Positions 42,018 to 54,767 of a stretch of DNA of 64,000 bases are shown here, in pieces. The position numbers and the translations under genes are program-made. The DNA lies in the NCBI RefSeq assembly GCF_006345805.1, contig NC_043011.1, forward strand, positions 6,076,001 through 6,140,000. The letters run 5' to 3'. Each line of letters starts with the position of its first letter. Position 1 is the first letter of the stretch. Under the pieces are notes generated by a model. The model saw nothing but the letters and a program-made list of their open reading frames with translations, searched no databases and was not told the DNA's origin. This stretch comes from Octopus sinensis. Taxonomy: Eukaryota.

Positions 42018-42883
42018 GCTGGCTTGTACAATCAGGATAAATAGAACTCATAACATGAGTGTATATGTTTTTTTTTTATATCTTTAATTAGCAAAAGTTA
42101 CAAAGTGATGCAAGAGTTGAGATTTTTCTACACAATGTCAGAAACCCTCAGCTCTCGAGTGCCTCTGTAACTGATGCCACTTCAAAATGAAAATAAAAAA
42201 TCATATACATGGATGCAGATTGTGTGTGTGTGTGTGTCTGTGTGTGCGTGTGCTACAAATACATTTTGTAATATGCAATAAATACACACAAATATGTATG
42301 CATACATGTATGTGTACATACATGAGATGTATTTATACATACATGTATGTATACATACATGTATGTATACATCTGTATTAGAGAGAAATAGATGACAGAG
42401 GTCACGTGGTGAAGCTAAAACCAAATTGAAATACAAAATAAATTAAAAATGTCGAAAATGTTATCAAGAGGAAGAAAGGGAGGAGGAAGAGGAAGAGGGC
42501 TGGTGGCTCACATTTATTATTTATATAGCTGTTTTATTCAATACCTGTTCTGAGAAGAGAGGGTGTAGGTTTGTATGATATCAAATCCAAAATACATCAA
42601 CCACCAAATTAGGAGATAGCTTCTTTGAGTTTACTCCATGTTACATCCCATCCATATTTTCACACTGTGATTACATGGAATATGTTGTTGTTGTTGTTGT
42701 AGTTGTAGCTGTTATTGTTATTATTATTGTTATTTTTCACAGGTAATACAAATAGATTTACAAAAAAAAATTAAAATTAAAATTAAAATAAAATAAAATA
42801 AAATAACCCAATTTAATCTGCTGTTAGGAGACTCTACCGATTTTAGCGGTCAAGCAGTTTTGAAGTTTTAGAAATGTTAAAAA

Positions 42884-43086
42884 TCATCCATCATGGAACA
42901 TTGCCTTTCTCCGTAACCAATTCTGACAAATGTCAAACGTAGTAAAACTAATCCCAACAGCAATCGGACCTTTGATCCAGTTCATACTAAGTCCCTTAAA
43001 CATCCCTCGTCGGAAACCTTCTTCTTTTATCACAGTGCGTGCAGTATTTAAGATAGTAGTATATTCCTGACTACGACCAGTTACAC
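42884..43086 (-). CDS. SLC25A42: SLC25A42 terminal coding exon (GVTGRSQEY...[24 protein letters not shown]...MFHDG*)
   Basis: tttattgcag|GTGTA, TGA at 42884-86. [21 protein letters not shown] matches SLC25A42. Exon sum 174+109+187+117+152+123+203 = 1065 nt = 354 aa plus stop. Confidence 0.95.
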
Positions 43087-44029
43087 CTGCAATAAACAAA
43101 CAAACAAAAAAGAATATATATATATATATATATATATTGCTTACATCATAAAAATTTAGAAACTACAAGAGAACGTGAAATAATTTGTTTTTAAGCAGAT
43201 CAAGGTAAAATTATAAACAAGTAAATACCAGGTTAAAAAGACCCTTCGGATAGAAAAAGTTGAAAGCTGTGAATGGGACTTGAACCTACATCTCCTGTAA
43301 ACATGATAAATGCTCCACCTTTAGACCACAGGTAACCTTCAACAATATTTTATCCAAATATTTACACGCTATAGCTTTACCTACTTAGTGTTCAACTGTA
43401 AAAATGAAAATTAAATAAAAATATATATATATATATATATATATATAGCCAATACCGCAGGATGAAAAACATCAGCTAAGTTCCCGACCTGTTTCCTCTT
43501 TTCATTGTTTTTGCAAGCCTTATTATTATTGTATTCCCATATATTAGCGTTATCGTTGTCTTTCGTCTCAAATGCTAGCTGAAGCATAAAAACTTTCACT
43601 CACAAAAACTTATTCACACCACCGCAAAGCATTTCATCTCAATCCTGTCTTCTTTCTGCCGCCTAAAACCTCATCTTCTCCCAATGCGCGGTGCGCCCGC
43701 CCTCCCACCCCCACCACCAATACCGGTGAACACTGTTCTCACCATCTACACCAGATACTCCCTCCTCCTCCCCCACCACCCCTTCTCCTCATATGCTTTC
43801 ACTGTGAAAAGACAAGCTACTAGCGTCACAGCTCTTCAACCGCCCACTGATCTTACGCTTCCTCCTGTTTTGAATCTGACACTGCCTCAATCCGATTATC
43901 TCCTTCCAGTCCCCTCCCCGCCTCGTAATTATCCTACGTTTTTATTTCTTACGAACCTACACCAACCCTTCCTGCCATCATTCCTCCTTACCCCCCCAAC
44001 CTTCCCCACCCCCACCCATTCAAAGTACC

Positions 44030-44293
44030 CCGGATCCCTGTTGCCCCCGTGCCGCGGGCACGTTAAAAAGCTCGAACCGATCGTGACTGATGCCGGACCC
44101 CCCGGCCCCTGTGCAGGTGGCACGTAAAAAGCACCCACTCCACTCACGGAGTGGTTGGCGTTAGGAAGGGCATCCAGCCGTAGAAACTCTGCCAGATCAG
44201 ACTGGAGCCTGGAGCGGCCCCTGGCTTCCCAGACCCCGGTCGAACCGTCCAACCCGTGCTAGCGCGGAAAACGGACGTTAAACGATGATGATA
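44030..44293 (+). mobile_element. RTE 3'UTR fragment, related subfamily, CpG-rich
   Basis: gagtggttggcgttaggaagggcatccagccgtagaaac...aaacgatgatgat. Confidence 0.8.
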
Positions 44294-44302
44294 TATGTGT
44301 GT

Positions 44303-44600
44303 GGAGGTGCAATGGCCCAGTGGTTAGGCCAGCGGACTCACAGTTGTAGGATTGCGGTTTCGATTCCCAGACCAGGTGCTGTGAGTGTTTATTAAGCGAA
44401 AACACCTAAAGCTCCACGAGGCTCCAGCAGGGGGTGGTGGCGATCCCTGCTGTACTCTTTCGCCACAACTTTCTCTCTTTCTTCTGTTGGCCTGCTCGCT
44501 TAGCCAACGGGGTGGCGTCATTCGAAGGCTAAAACAATGCGAAGCGCATCATGACCAGCGATGTGTAGCAACATCTGATAGCCTGGTCAGTCACAGTGAT
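44303..44600 (+). mobile_element. tRNA-derived SINE (third family)
   Basis: tggcccagtgg A box and ggtttcgattccc B box, followed by a non-tRNA body. Confidence 0.75.
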
Positions 44601-45378
44601 TACGGTGAAATATATATATATATATATATTATATACAGAGAGAGAGAGAGTTAATGCAAAAATATATCAAATTCATAAATTACATTTTCCCGAAGTGAGT
44701 TGCTTTTGCTGAGAATTATTAGAAACTCGAGTGTCACTTGTCATATGATGGGTGACGTACTTTTACCTCGATGGGTAATATCAGGAAATATGGCAGACAT
44801 AGAATAATTACAGTTTAACTTGTATCAAATCCTTCGATGTTTATACAAAATGATGAATACTAACGAAGGTGGAAGATTGTGTGGCGGACCAGGAATGATC
44901 CAGTCTGGACGAGACGAGGTTCGTACCGGATATTCACCATGGTTGACTCTCTAAGCATGAAGCCTTTGAGTTTTAAAAGGGAAATGTGAAGTTGAGACAT
45001 TAATGCCTTGCTCAATACTAAGCAAAACAAGGTGAAATGACCGGAAGCAAAAATTTAACGAAAGAAGGGGTCAACAGTTGACTGCTCTTTTGTGTTATCA
45101 CATGACCATAAAACAACACAGGAATAACCATCAAAGGAACCTCTATGTGACTGACCTTCTAAAAATAACAGCCAAATCTCCCTGATATTATGGCCTATCA
45201 CCTTAAAAGGGAACAAAAACTATATGCCCAACATAAGGTAGACACATTATAATTATAAAGGGTATCATACCATAAATAAAGAATACTTGAAGGTCTTTGA
45301 TCAATCAGGATTGATCACTAAAAGCTTGTTTGGAGCTGAACAACAATAAGATAAACAAAAAGGGAAACTATTGCGTAC

Positions 45379-45501
45379 CTGCAGTTTGCATTCTCCTGCG
45401 AATTATATCTAAAGGATACGATGCAGACTGGGCGATGAGGCCAGCTATTGCCCCAAAACATAATCTTTCAATTGGCTGAGGTTCCACACCAGGTCCATAC
45501 T
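45379..45501 (-). CDS. SLC25A42: SLC25A42 exon 6 ([41 protein letters not shown]); absent from the ORF track
   Basis: Translated by hand: tttattgcag|AGTATG...ACTGCAG|gtacgc, 123 nt, phase 1 to 1. Third signature [11 protein letters not shown]. Confidence 0.95.
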
Positions 45502-45602
45502 CTGCAATAAACAACAGCAAAGGGTATAACATTGTAGCACTCTATCACACACATGTAACAATAATGCCACTCTGTCTCTCTCTCCCTCTCTCTACTCACA
45601 CA

Positions 45603-45640
<38 letters not shown>

Positions 45641-45768
45641 CTGGCAGAACCATTAGCACATCCGGCAAAATGTTTAACAGCATTTTGTCCATCTTCATGT
45701 TCTGAGTTCAAATTCCACCATGGTCGATTCTGTCTTTCATCCTTTCGGAGTCAATAATAATAGGTACC

Positions 45769-46003
45769 TATTTCTTTACTACCCACAAGGGGCTAAACAC
45801 AGAAGGGACAAACAAGGACAGACAAACGGATTAAGTCGATTATATCAACCCCCAGTGCGTAACTGGTACTTATTTAATCGACCCTGAAAGGATGAAAGGC
45901 AAAGTCGACCTCGGCGGAATTTGAACTCAGAACGTAGCGACAGACGAAATACTGCTGAGCATTTTGTCCGGCGTGATAACGTTTCTGCCAGCTTGCCGCC
46001 TTT
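45769..46003 (-). mobile_element. Young tRNA-derived SINE (second family) with 15-bp TSD. Relatives at 18225-18450(-), 51068-51210(+), ~51760-51935(+); older-tail forms at 10310-10545(-) and 18620-18810(-)
   Basis: tggcagaaacgtta A box, gagttcaaattcc B box, TSD ataataataggtacc at 45754-68 and 46004-18. Confidence 0.88.
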
Positions 46004-47436
46004 ATAATAATAGGTACCAGTTGTGTATTGGAGTCGGTGTGATCAATTGGCCCCCTACCCCTGAAACCGTGGGCCTTGTGCCAATATTTGAAACCATTAT
46101 TACACACATAGGCATAACACGTTAATATCACGCACACACACTCAGACATAACATCCGTTGTCTGTGCTGGCAAGGGTTGGATGGTCTGACCAGCACTGGT
46201 AAGCTGAGGGGCTGCACTAGACTCCAGTCTGATTTGGCATGATTTCTACAGCTGGATGCCCTTCCTAATGCCAACACTCCGAGAGTGTAATAGGTGCTTT
46301 TATGTGCCACCAGCACAGGTGCCAGTTGTGTGACACCATTATCTGCCACAACTACGATTACACTCGGCTTGATGGGTCTTCTGTCCAAGCACGGCATATT
46401 GTCAAAGGTCTCAGTCATTTGTCATTGCCTTTGAAAGAGGGCACAGGTGCCAGTTACGTGACACCAGCATCGACCACAACTACGACTTCACTTGGCTTCA
46501 CAGGTCTGGAATCACAATTTCCTACACTCAAGTGCACCAAGGGCACACAGCCATAGACATTACGGCATCAACGTGACACAGGCACAGAAATAATATTCTA
46601 TCAAATGACACACACAATATTGATACACTGCATAAATATATGAAAACACGATGTTACCAATGTCTCTCTCTCACACACACACCACTGCATCAATCTTAAA
46701 CACTCATTGTGGCTCTTCTACTATAGCGTCGGGCCAACCAAAGCCTTGTGAGTGGAGTTGGTAGATGGAAACTGAAAAGAAGCCCATTGTGTATATGTGC
46801 GTGTGTGTCCCCCCATTATTTCTTGACAACCGATGTTGGTGTGTTTATGTCCCCCATAACTTAGCGGTTCGGCAAAAGAGACTGATAAAATAAGTAAGTA
46901 CTAGGCTTACAAAGAATAAGTCCTGGGGTCGATTTGTTCGACTAAAGGCAGTGCTCCAGCATGGCCACAGTCAAATGACTGAAACAGGTAAAAGAACAAA
47001 AGAATATAACAACAAAGCGGCACCGTTTCCATTGACCGAATTTCCAACACAATGCATTGGTCAACCCAAGGCAAGAGCAGAGGACAACTTGCTCAAGGTC
47101 GCAAGGAGTGGTATCAAACCCAGAACCACATGATTGCCAAAACAAACCTCCTAACCACAATTAAAGCCATAGGTCTGACTCAAAGTTGCATTCTAGGTGT
47201 GGTACAGGTATAAAAAGAAACTTTAAACTTCATTTGTGTGTGCATATATGTATGCATACACACACACGTGCACACACACACGCACACACACACACACACA
47301 CACGACCCAATCCATTAAAACTCACCAGTCCTCTCTTCATTTACACAGATTCTCTCAGATAGATTCGGAGTGGTTTGTTCTACTGGACCCAGTCATAACA
47401 TTCTGATAAAGTGCATCACTTTTAAGTATCACACGA

Positions 47437-47475
<39 letters not shown>

Positions 47476-48909
47476 ATATAGTGTTTGTGTATTTATGTTA
47501 TAAAAGTGTGTGAGTGTACACATTGACACATATACATGTGTATCAACAACCCATTTTAAATGAAACAATTGAGTCTAAGTTAACAAACGAATTTCTAAGT
47601 GGTGTACTTGACTTGCTATAAATAGCAGGAAAATCTTCAAAGCATCACATCTTATCTTAAAAAAACGAAAAAAGTACTTACATAAGTACAAAAAAAAAAT
47701 AATAAGTGAAAGGATGGGATTGTCACAGCTCAAATGTCATTGATTTGCTCCATCAAGGCACACCTAGAGCTAAAGAACAACTAAATATCACTTAAAACTT
47801 GAATTTGTATTTGAATCCTACATTTCTCAGATATGATGGAATTGATAGGTTTCTCAATATTCTTAGTCATTTAAAGTCTGGTATATATAGGTATGCTCCG
47901 TTTGGGTAATGAGATCTGATAATGCAGAAATATGTCCAAGGTTATCTGTACTTACCAAAGATCAGGCTCCCTCCATTCATGGTGAACAACCTCCACTACC
48001 AGCCAATTTTTAACCAAAATAGATCATGGAGTTATCTCCCTTGCGTTTCTTGCCTTGAGTTTTTAAGGCTGGTCAGTTTTCTCCTTGCTGCAGGTGAAAT
48101 TTTAATTAAACCCGTTTTAGGGCTCACCACAATAAATATGTCGGTCTCTATACAAAATGCCCGTTTTTTTTTTTTCTTTTTCTTTCTCACTCTCTTGATC
48201 CGTGGAATTGTAATAAAGACATATTGTTAACATGGTCACAATTTCAAACCTTGAACCAAAACTGAATTATTTAACACCATACCAACCCTGATGTATCAGA
48301 CCTATGATCAAAGACATTCCAGTGACCATCCCTACTGACTATGAGATGGTAGTAGTCACTAAAAATGAGAATTTTATGGGATTAATGGAAGAAAAGAGTC
48401 ATCGTCATTATTGCATGGGTCAGAGAGTATTTGCTGAGATTTTCTATGGCTGGATGCCCTTCCTGCCACTAACCCTCACCTATTTCTAAGTAAGGTAATA
48501 TTTCCCCCCTGCTGGCCAGACATGTTTTCATGGAAGACTGGAAACAAAGAACACTGCTGTATGACACTGACACTCATTTGAAACTATCACACAATGCTGC
48601 CAAGACAAGGAGACGCCAACTCACACACACACACAGGACTTCTTTCAGTCTCTATCTACCAAATCCATTCACAAAGCTTTGGTCGGCCCAGGGCTATAAT
48701 AAAAGACAATCAACAATAAATACACAGGCTTCACAAATAAGTCATGCCTCCGTTATCTAAGCCCCCCCCCCCAGCGCCAACAAGCCCCCAACCCTAAAAC
48801 AATCCATGCAAACAACACAAGACTCCTTGTTTCAATCAACTGTGTCCAGAAATATTGCAATCAAAGAATTTGTCAGTCATTTCTCCAGAGAAATCGTTGA
48901 AGAACTTAC

Positions 48910-49061
48910 CAGCATGAAGTTTCTTGAGTGACTCATATGTAAAGAAACCAGTCCCAGAATATGGTATGCTACCCAGCATTGTTGGTGTAAATCCTCGATA
49001 TAACGTTCGTAAACCTTCTTCACGGTAAATTTTTACAACCACTTCTGGTAAGTTGTGATAC
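48910..49061 (-). CDS. SLC25A42: SLC25A42 exon 5 (YHNLPEVVVKIYREEGLRTLYRGFTPTMLGSIPYSGTGFFTYESLKKLHA)
   Basis: gctgcag|GTAT...GCTG|gtaagt, 152 nt, phase 2 to 1. EG..LYRG motif. Confidence 0.95.
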
Positions 49062-49099
49062 CTGCAGCCATTAAGGATTCAAAATTCATTACATATACA

Positions 49100-49525
49100 T
49101 ACAGAGACAGACAGACAGATAGGTAGATGGATGGAGAGATAGAAATAGATAGAGAGAGAGATGGAGAGATAGAAATAGATAGAGAGAGATATACAGAGAA
49201 AGAGAGAGAGATAGAAATAGATATAGAGAGAGATGGAGAGATAGAAATAGATAGAGAGAGATATACAGAGAAAGAGAGAGAGATAGAAATAGATATAGAG
49301 AGAGAGATGGAGAGATAGAAATAGATAGAGAGAGATATACAGAGAAAGAGAGAGAGATAGAAATAGATAGAGATAGATAGACAGAAACACTGCTGTATGA
49401 CACTGATAGAAATAGATAGAGATAGACAGAAATAGAGTGAGAGATATAGATAGAGAGATAGAAATAGAGAGATAGATAGAAATAGATAGATAGAGAGTTA
49501 GATAGAGAGAGAGGAATTAGATATA
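49100..49525. repeat. (GA/TA) microsatellite with ~72-bp higher-order period in the SLC25A42 intron
   Basis: Repeated gagatggagagatagaaatagat...atatacagagaaagag blocks. Confidence 0.85.
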
Positions 49526-49982
49526 GATTCACATAAACATACAAACACACACACATACACACACACACACAAAGTATTAAATGGTTAAGGTGACAAGTCC
49601 AGGGAACAGAAACTATGATGAAGACAATGATGATGATGATAATGTACTGTTACTCAAATATATAATATTTGAGTAACAGGTGGGGGGGGAGTTAAAGAGA
49701 AGAGTGGGGGAGGGAAAATTTAGAGTGAAAGAGGAGGCGAGAAGAAAGGGGGGAGAGAGGAAAAAGAAAGATAGAGGGGGAAATAAGCTGTCAGAGTGTG
49801 TGTGTGTGTGTGCATGCGTGTAAAGTTTGATCAGAACTAGAAAGTGCAATACCACTTTAAATGTCCCCTAAAGTTCAATACTTGACTGGGGTACCTCTAC
49901 CTCAGTCTCTAAAGGGAGAATTTAGTGAGTTTTGATCTTGAGACAAAAGACATTGTAATACTGCAAGCGACATGTCTATGGA

Positions 49983-50015
<33 letters not shown>

Positions 50016-51482
50016 CAGCAGCAGCAGCAGAGGAAGAAAGCAAGTCAATACTTGGATAATTCTTGTATCAAGACAGCTACAAATACATCTCGAGTCCCTC
50101 GTACTTGAATTTGTTTATTTATTGTGTAAATTAGCCATAATAGAAACAATATCACGCTCATGGGATTTTCTTAGGGGACTGGAATCAGAAGGGAAGCAAA
50201 GGAAGAACCTTTGATTTATGAATCATCCCTCAGATCCCTAATCCCTAATGTTTTACAAGAACATGGCCTTCGTTAAGGCACTCAACAGCCAAATTAGCAA
50301 CATTGACTCTTCAGCAATTGGATTATTCTGTGAAATGTAATCCTTATTCACTCACGTGATTTCTAATTAACTCCATGTTATGTTGTAGCTTTGAGATTTC
50401 GGTGATGTGATTGTTTATTTTTAGAATGACATTGTAGGGTAGGTGTGAGAGGCAAGATCTGGCTGGTTTCAACGCAAAACAGGTTGACTATTTGGGCTGA
50501 ATATGGCCAGTTTAAATGCTATAGGGTTAAACTGGGCAATGAACTAAGTTCGTGATTCAAGAAAAAGGTCCAGTCTGACTGATGGGGTCCCACTGATCCA
50601 GTTTTGTTAACAAGGCTCAGGTCAATCAGAGACTAGGATAGAAGATGCACTTCACTATAGTTTCCTCACAAGGGGACTGCCATCCAGGAATTTAGATCTG
50701 GAGATTTCCATTTCCAGCGACTTCGAGGGCCACCTCCCAGTGGTGTCGGGCGTCAACGAAGAGCCCTCGACTACAACAAGACGACCAAAGTTTTTTTTTT
50801 TTCCCAAGGTCTGGGGTCTCCTGCCCCTAAGCCCTAGACCATCACCTAATCACCCTTACCCATTTTGTTGTGAACCTGGAACTGCATAATTGTGGAACAA
50901 ATTTCTGGGTGCTGAGATGGCTGTGTGATTAAGAAACTCACTTTGTGATCAAGTAGTTTCTGGTTCAATCCCACTGCGCATTACCTTGAGCAAGTGTCTT
51001 CTACTACAGCCCTCGGTCAATCAATATCTTGTGAGTGGATGTGACAGGCAGAAACTGTATGGAAGCCGAGGTCGACTTTGCCTTTCATACTTTCGGGGTT
51101 GATAAATTAATTACCAGTTACACACTGGGGTCAATGTAATCGACTTAATCCCTTTGTCTGTCCTTGTTTGTCCTCTCTATGTTTAGCCCCTTGTGGGCAA
51201 TAAAGAAATAAGAAACTGTATGGAAGCCTGTCATATGTGTGTGGGTGTGTTTATATCCTGCCACTGCTTGACAACTGGTGTTGGTTTGTTTATGTCCTTG
51301 TAACTTAGCAAAAGAGACAAACAGAACAAGTGGCAGCTAAGTACTGGGATCAATCTGTTCAGTAACAAAAAAAACATCCTTCAAGGTGGTGCTCCAGTAT
51401 GGCCGGTCCAATGACTGAAACAAGAAAAAGATATGGCCATGAAACAACAACATGGACAATTTAGAAGAGTATCCGCACTCAC

Positions 51483-51599
51483 CTTTCTCTCGCTGTGACT
51501 GCCATCCGAGCACGGACCATATCTAGGGGATAGGTAAAGGCAACTGCAGTCATCCCAGCAAGAGCTCCAGCTAAAAATCGTTTACCAGGGGTCAGATGT
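51483..51599 (-). CDS. SLC25A42: SLC25A42 exon 4 ([38 protein letters not shown])
   Basis: tttttcag|ACAT...GAAAG|gtgagt, 117 nt, phase 2 to 2. Second carrier signature [10 protein letters not shown]. Confidence 0.95.
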
Positions 51600-52598
51600 C
51601 TGAAAAATACAATATACAAATTCATTACCACAATCATCATCGTTATTATTATTATTTTTATCATCATCATTACCATCATTATCATCATCATCATCATTGT
51701 TAATACAGCAACCTGGCAGAGTCGTTAGCATGTCAGCTGAAATGCTTAGCGGTATTTCGTCTGCCGCTACGTTCTGAGTTCAAATTCCACCAAGGTCAAC
51801 TTTGCCTTTCATCCTTTCGGGTCAATTAATTAAGTACCTATTATGCACTGGGATCGATGTAATCGACTTAATCCGTTTGTCTGTCTTTGTTTGTCCCCCT
51901 CTGTGTTTAGCCCCTTGTGGGTAGTAAAGAAATAGGTATTTCGTCTGTCTTCCCGTTCTGAGTTCAAATACCACCAGGGTCAACTTTGCCTTCCATCCTT
52001 TCTGGGTCAGTAAAGTAAGTACCAGTTGAGCATTGTCTGGTACCCAGAGTAGAAAGGATTATTATTATTTTTTTCTGCTGTTATTGCTGTTGGGGAAAAT
52101 GGTTTGCTTCCATTCTTCTAGCTCTTTGCCTTTCACCCTTTGTGGGTCAATAACATAAAATACCAGTCACATACTGGGGTTGATGGTATCAACTAAACCC
52201 CACGACTCAAAATTGCAGGCCTTGTGTCTAAATGTGTGTGTGTGTGCATGTTTCCTGCCATACCAGATTGTTTAGCCAATCTTGGGTGTTGTTAATTGCA
52301 ATCTCATTTAGTACAGAAGGAGATATTTGTATGGACAGGTTAACGAGGCTGAAAAAAATAACAACAAACTACCATATCTGAAGGCATAAGAGACACTGGC
52401 CATATCAGATGCACTCCAATTTCAACAGAACATTGTCGGGAAAAGCAGTTTTTAGTACATTAAAGTATATAATACTGGTCCAAATTCGCATATGGGATTA
52501 GGGGTGATTTCTTTTTGAGGTTTTATTTTGAAAAAAGAAAGGAAAAAAAGAAAAAGTGTTTTATATGTGATCAAATTCAGTATCATCATCATCATCAT

Positions 52599-52835
52599 CG
52601 TTTAGCGTCCGCTTTCCATGCTAGCATGGGTTGGATGGTTCAACTGGGGTCTGGGAAGCCAGAAGGCTGCACCAGGCCCAGTCTGATCTGGCAATGTTTC
52701 TACGACTGGATGCCCTTCCTAACGCCAACCACTCCATGAGTGTAGTGGGTGCTTTTTACGTGCCAGACGAGTCTGGCAAACGGCCACGATCGGATGGTGC
52801 TTTTTATGTGCCACCGACACGGGGGCCAGGCGAGG
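52599..52835 (-). mobile_element. RTE 3'UTR fragment
   Basis: Same family; tail at 52582-52599. Confidence 0.85.
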
Positions 52836-53747
52836 CTATATATATAGTAATCTTCAGATAAATGCATGTGAGTTGGTATCTTTCGTCCATCTTATACATT
52901 GAACACACATCACAAACGATGAACTGTTGTTAATAGCTGTGAATAAAAAACTATGCTGTTAGGCAGGCCCATGTGGAAAGATCAAACAGGATTTTAAACC
53001 AACTTCGTCAGAATCCTCCAATATGAAGACAGGTAGGGCTGGAAACATAAATATTCATCCAGTCCATTCACCAGAGATGTAAATCTGGGTTTATATGAAC
53101 TGTGAAACACAAAGGACATTAGTGGAGGAGTCATGACTAACTTTGCACTTCAGGACAAGATATGAATAGACTAAAAGTGTAAAGAAATAGATTTTATCTC
53201 CACAGTCTCCCATTATGAAAGTAGATAAATATAACTTAAGATATTCACCATTATATTAATAAGTTGGGCAGAGGAACAAAAAGATAACAGCTGTATTTTG
53301 TAGCCAAGAAATGGGACACAAACTGCTGACACAATCAGTGATCAATTTGCTTTATTAAGTTTATTTTCAGTATGTAAACACAACACAATGTGTGTAAATC
53401 ACTTATCAAACTAGGCTTTGGAAGTTATCACCGAGTGTGTTCAAGGCCCAGCTGGAACTGACAAAGGATTTATCTTTCTGATTGGTCGATAAAACAGTTA
53501 TATTTCTAGGTGAATTATTGCACAGATTAACCCTTAATCCTAAACCCACCAAGATGAACATTGGGGTAATCCACTGTTAGAACTAATATTTCTATTTGAT
53601 GCACCCCAATTTCAGCAGTGCACATTCAGGGAAAAATGGCTTTTCGGGCATTAAAGCTTATGGGAAGCCCAACTACACAATTAGGTGATTTCTTTGAGAA
53701 ATTTTCATGGATAAAAAAAGTGTCTTTTATGCCATCAAATATGGTAA

Positions 53748-54767
53748 ATCATCATCATCGTTTAGCATCCGCTCTCCATGCTAGCATGGGTTGGAGGGTT
53801 CAACTGGGGTCTGGGAAGCCAGAAGGCTGCACCAGGCCCAGTCTGATCTGGCAGTGTTTCTATGGCTGGATGCCCTTCCTAACGCCAACCACTCCGTGAG
53901 TGTAGTGGGTGCTTTTTATGTGCAACCGGCACAGGTGCCAGACGAGTCTGGCAAATGGCCATGATTGGATGGTGCTTTTTACGTGCCACCGGTACGAGGC
54001 CAGTAGGGGCGACGCTGGCAACGGCCACGTTCGGATGGTTCTCTTACGTGCCACCGGCACTGGTATCACAACTACAAATTCCATTGATGTTGATCGATTT
54101 CGATTTTGATTCTCACTTGCCTCAACAGGTCTTCACAAGTAGAGTTTTGTGTCCCAAGAAGGAAAAGTATGCATAAGTGGACTGGCTACATCCCATGTAG
54201 AGGCCACGGGTTATGGTCTCACTTGTCCTGCCGGGTCTTCTCACACACAGCATACTTCCAAAGGTCTCGGTCGCTAGTCATTTCCTCGGTGAGACCTAAA
54301 GTTCGATGGTCGTGCTTCACCACCTTGTCCCAGGTTTTCCTGGATCTACCTCTTCCACAGGTTCCCTCAACCACTAGGGTGTGGCACTTTTTCAGACAAC
54401 TATCTTCATCCATTCTCGTCACATGACCATACCAGCGCAAACGTCTCTCTTGCACACCACAACTGATGCTTCTCAGGTCCAACTTTTCTCTCAAGGTACT
54501 TACACTCTGTCGAGTGTGAACACTGACATTACACATCCATCGGAGCATACTGGCTTCATTTCTTGTGAGCTTACGCATATCCTCAGCAGTCACGGCCCGT
54601 GTTTCACTGTCATGTAGCATGGCTGTTCGCACACATGCATCATACAGTCTGCCTTTTACTCTGAGCAAGAGGCCTTTTGTCACCAGCAGGGGTAAGAGCT
54701 CTCTGAACTTTGCCCAAGCTGTTTTTACTCTAGCAGTTACACTTTCAGCACACCCGCCTCCGCTACT
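53748..54767 (-). mobile_element. RTE-clade LINE 3' portion: ORF C-terminus + 3'UTR + (GAT)n tail
   Basis: ORF 54219-54683 (RLRWYGHV..M, G...RGR.RKTW...V..D) runs contiguously into the multicopy 3'UTR and tail. Confidence 0.9.

Noticed and set aside
35221-42051. Dozens of long ORFs (up to 549 aa) rich in Y/I/H/T or M/Y/V/C
   Set aside because: These are translations of TA/CA microsatellite that lack stop codons by composition.
43684-44127. 147-aa proline-rich ORF
   Set aside because: C-rich low-complexity strand running into an RTE 3'UTR, inside an SLC25A42 intron, with no recognisable domain.
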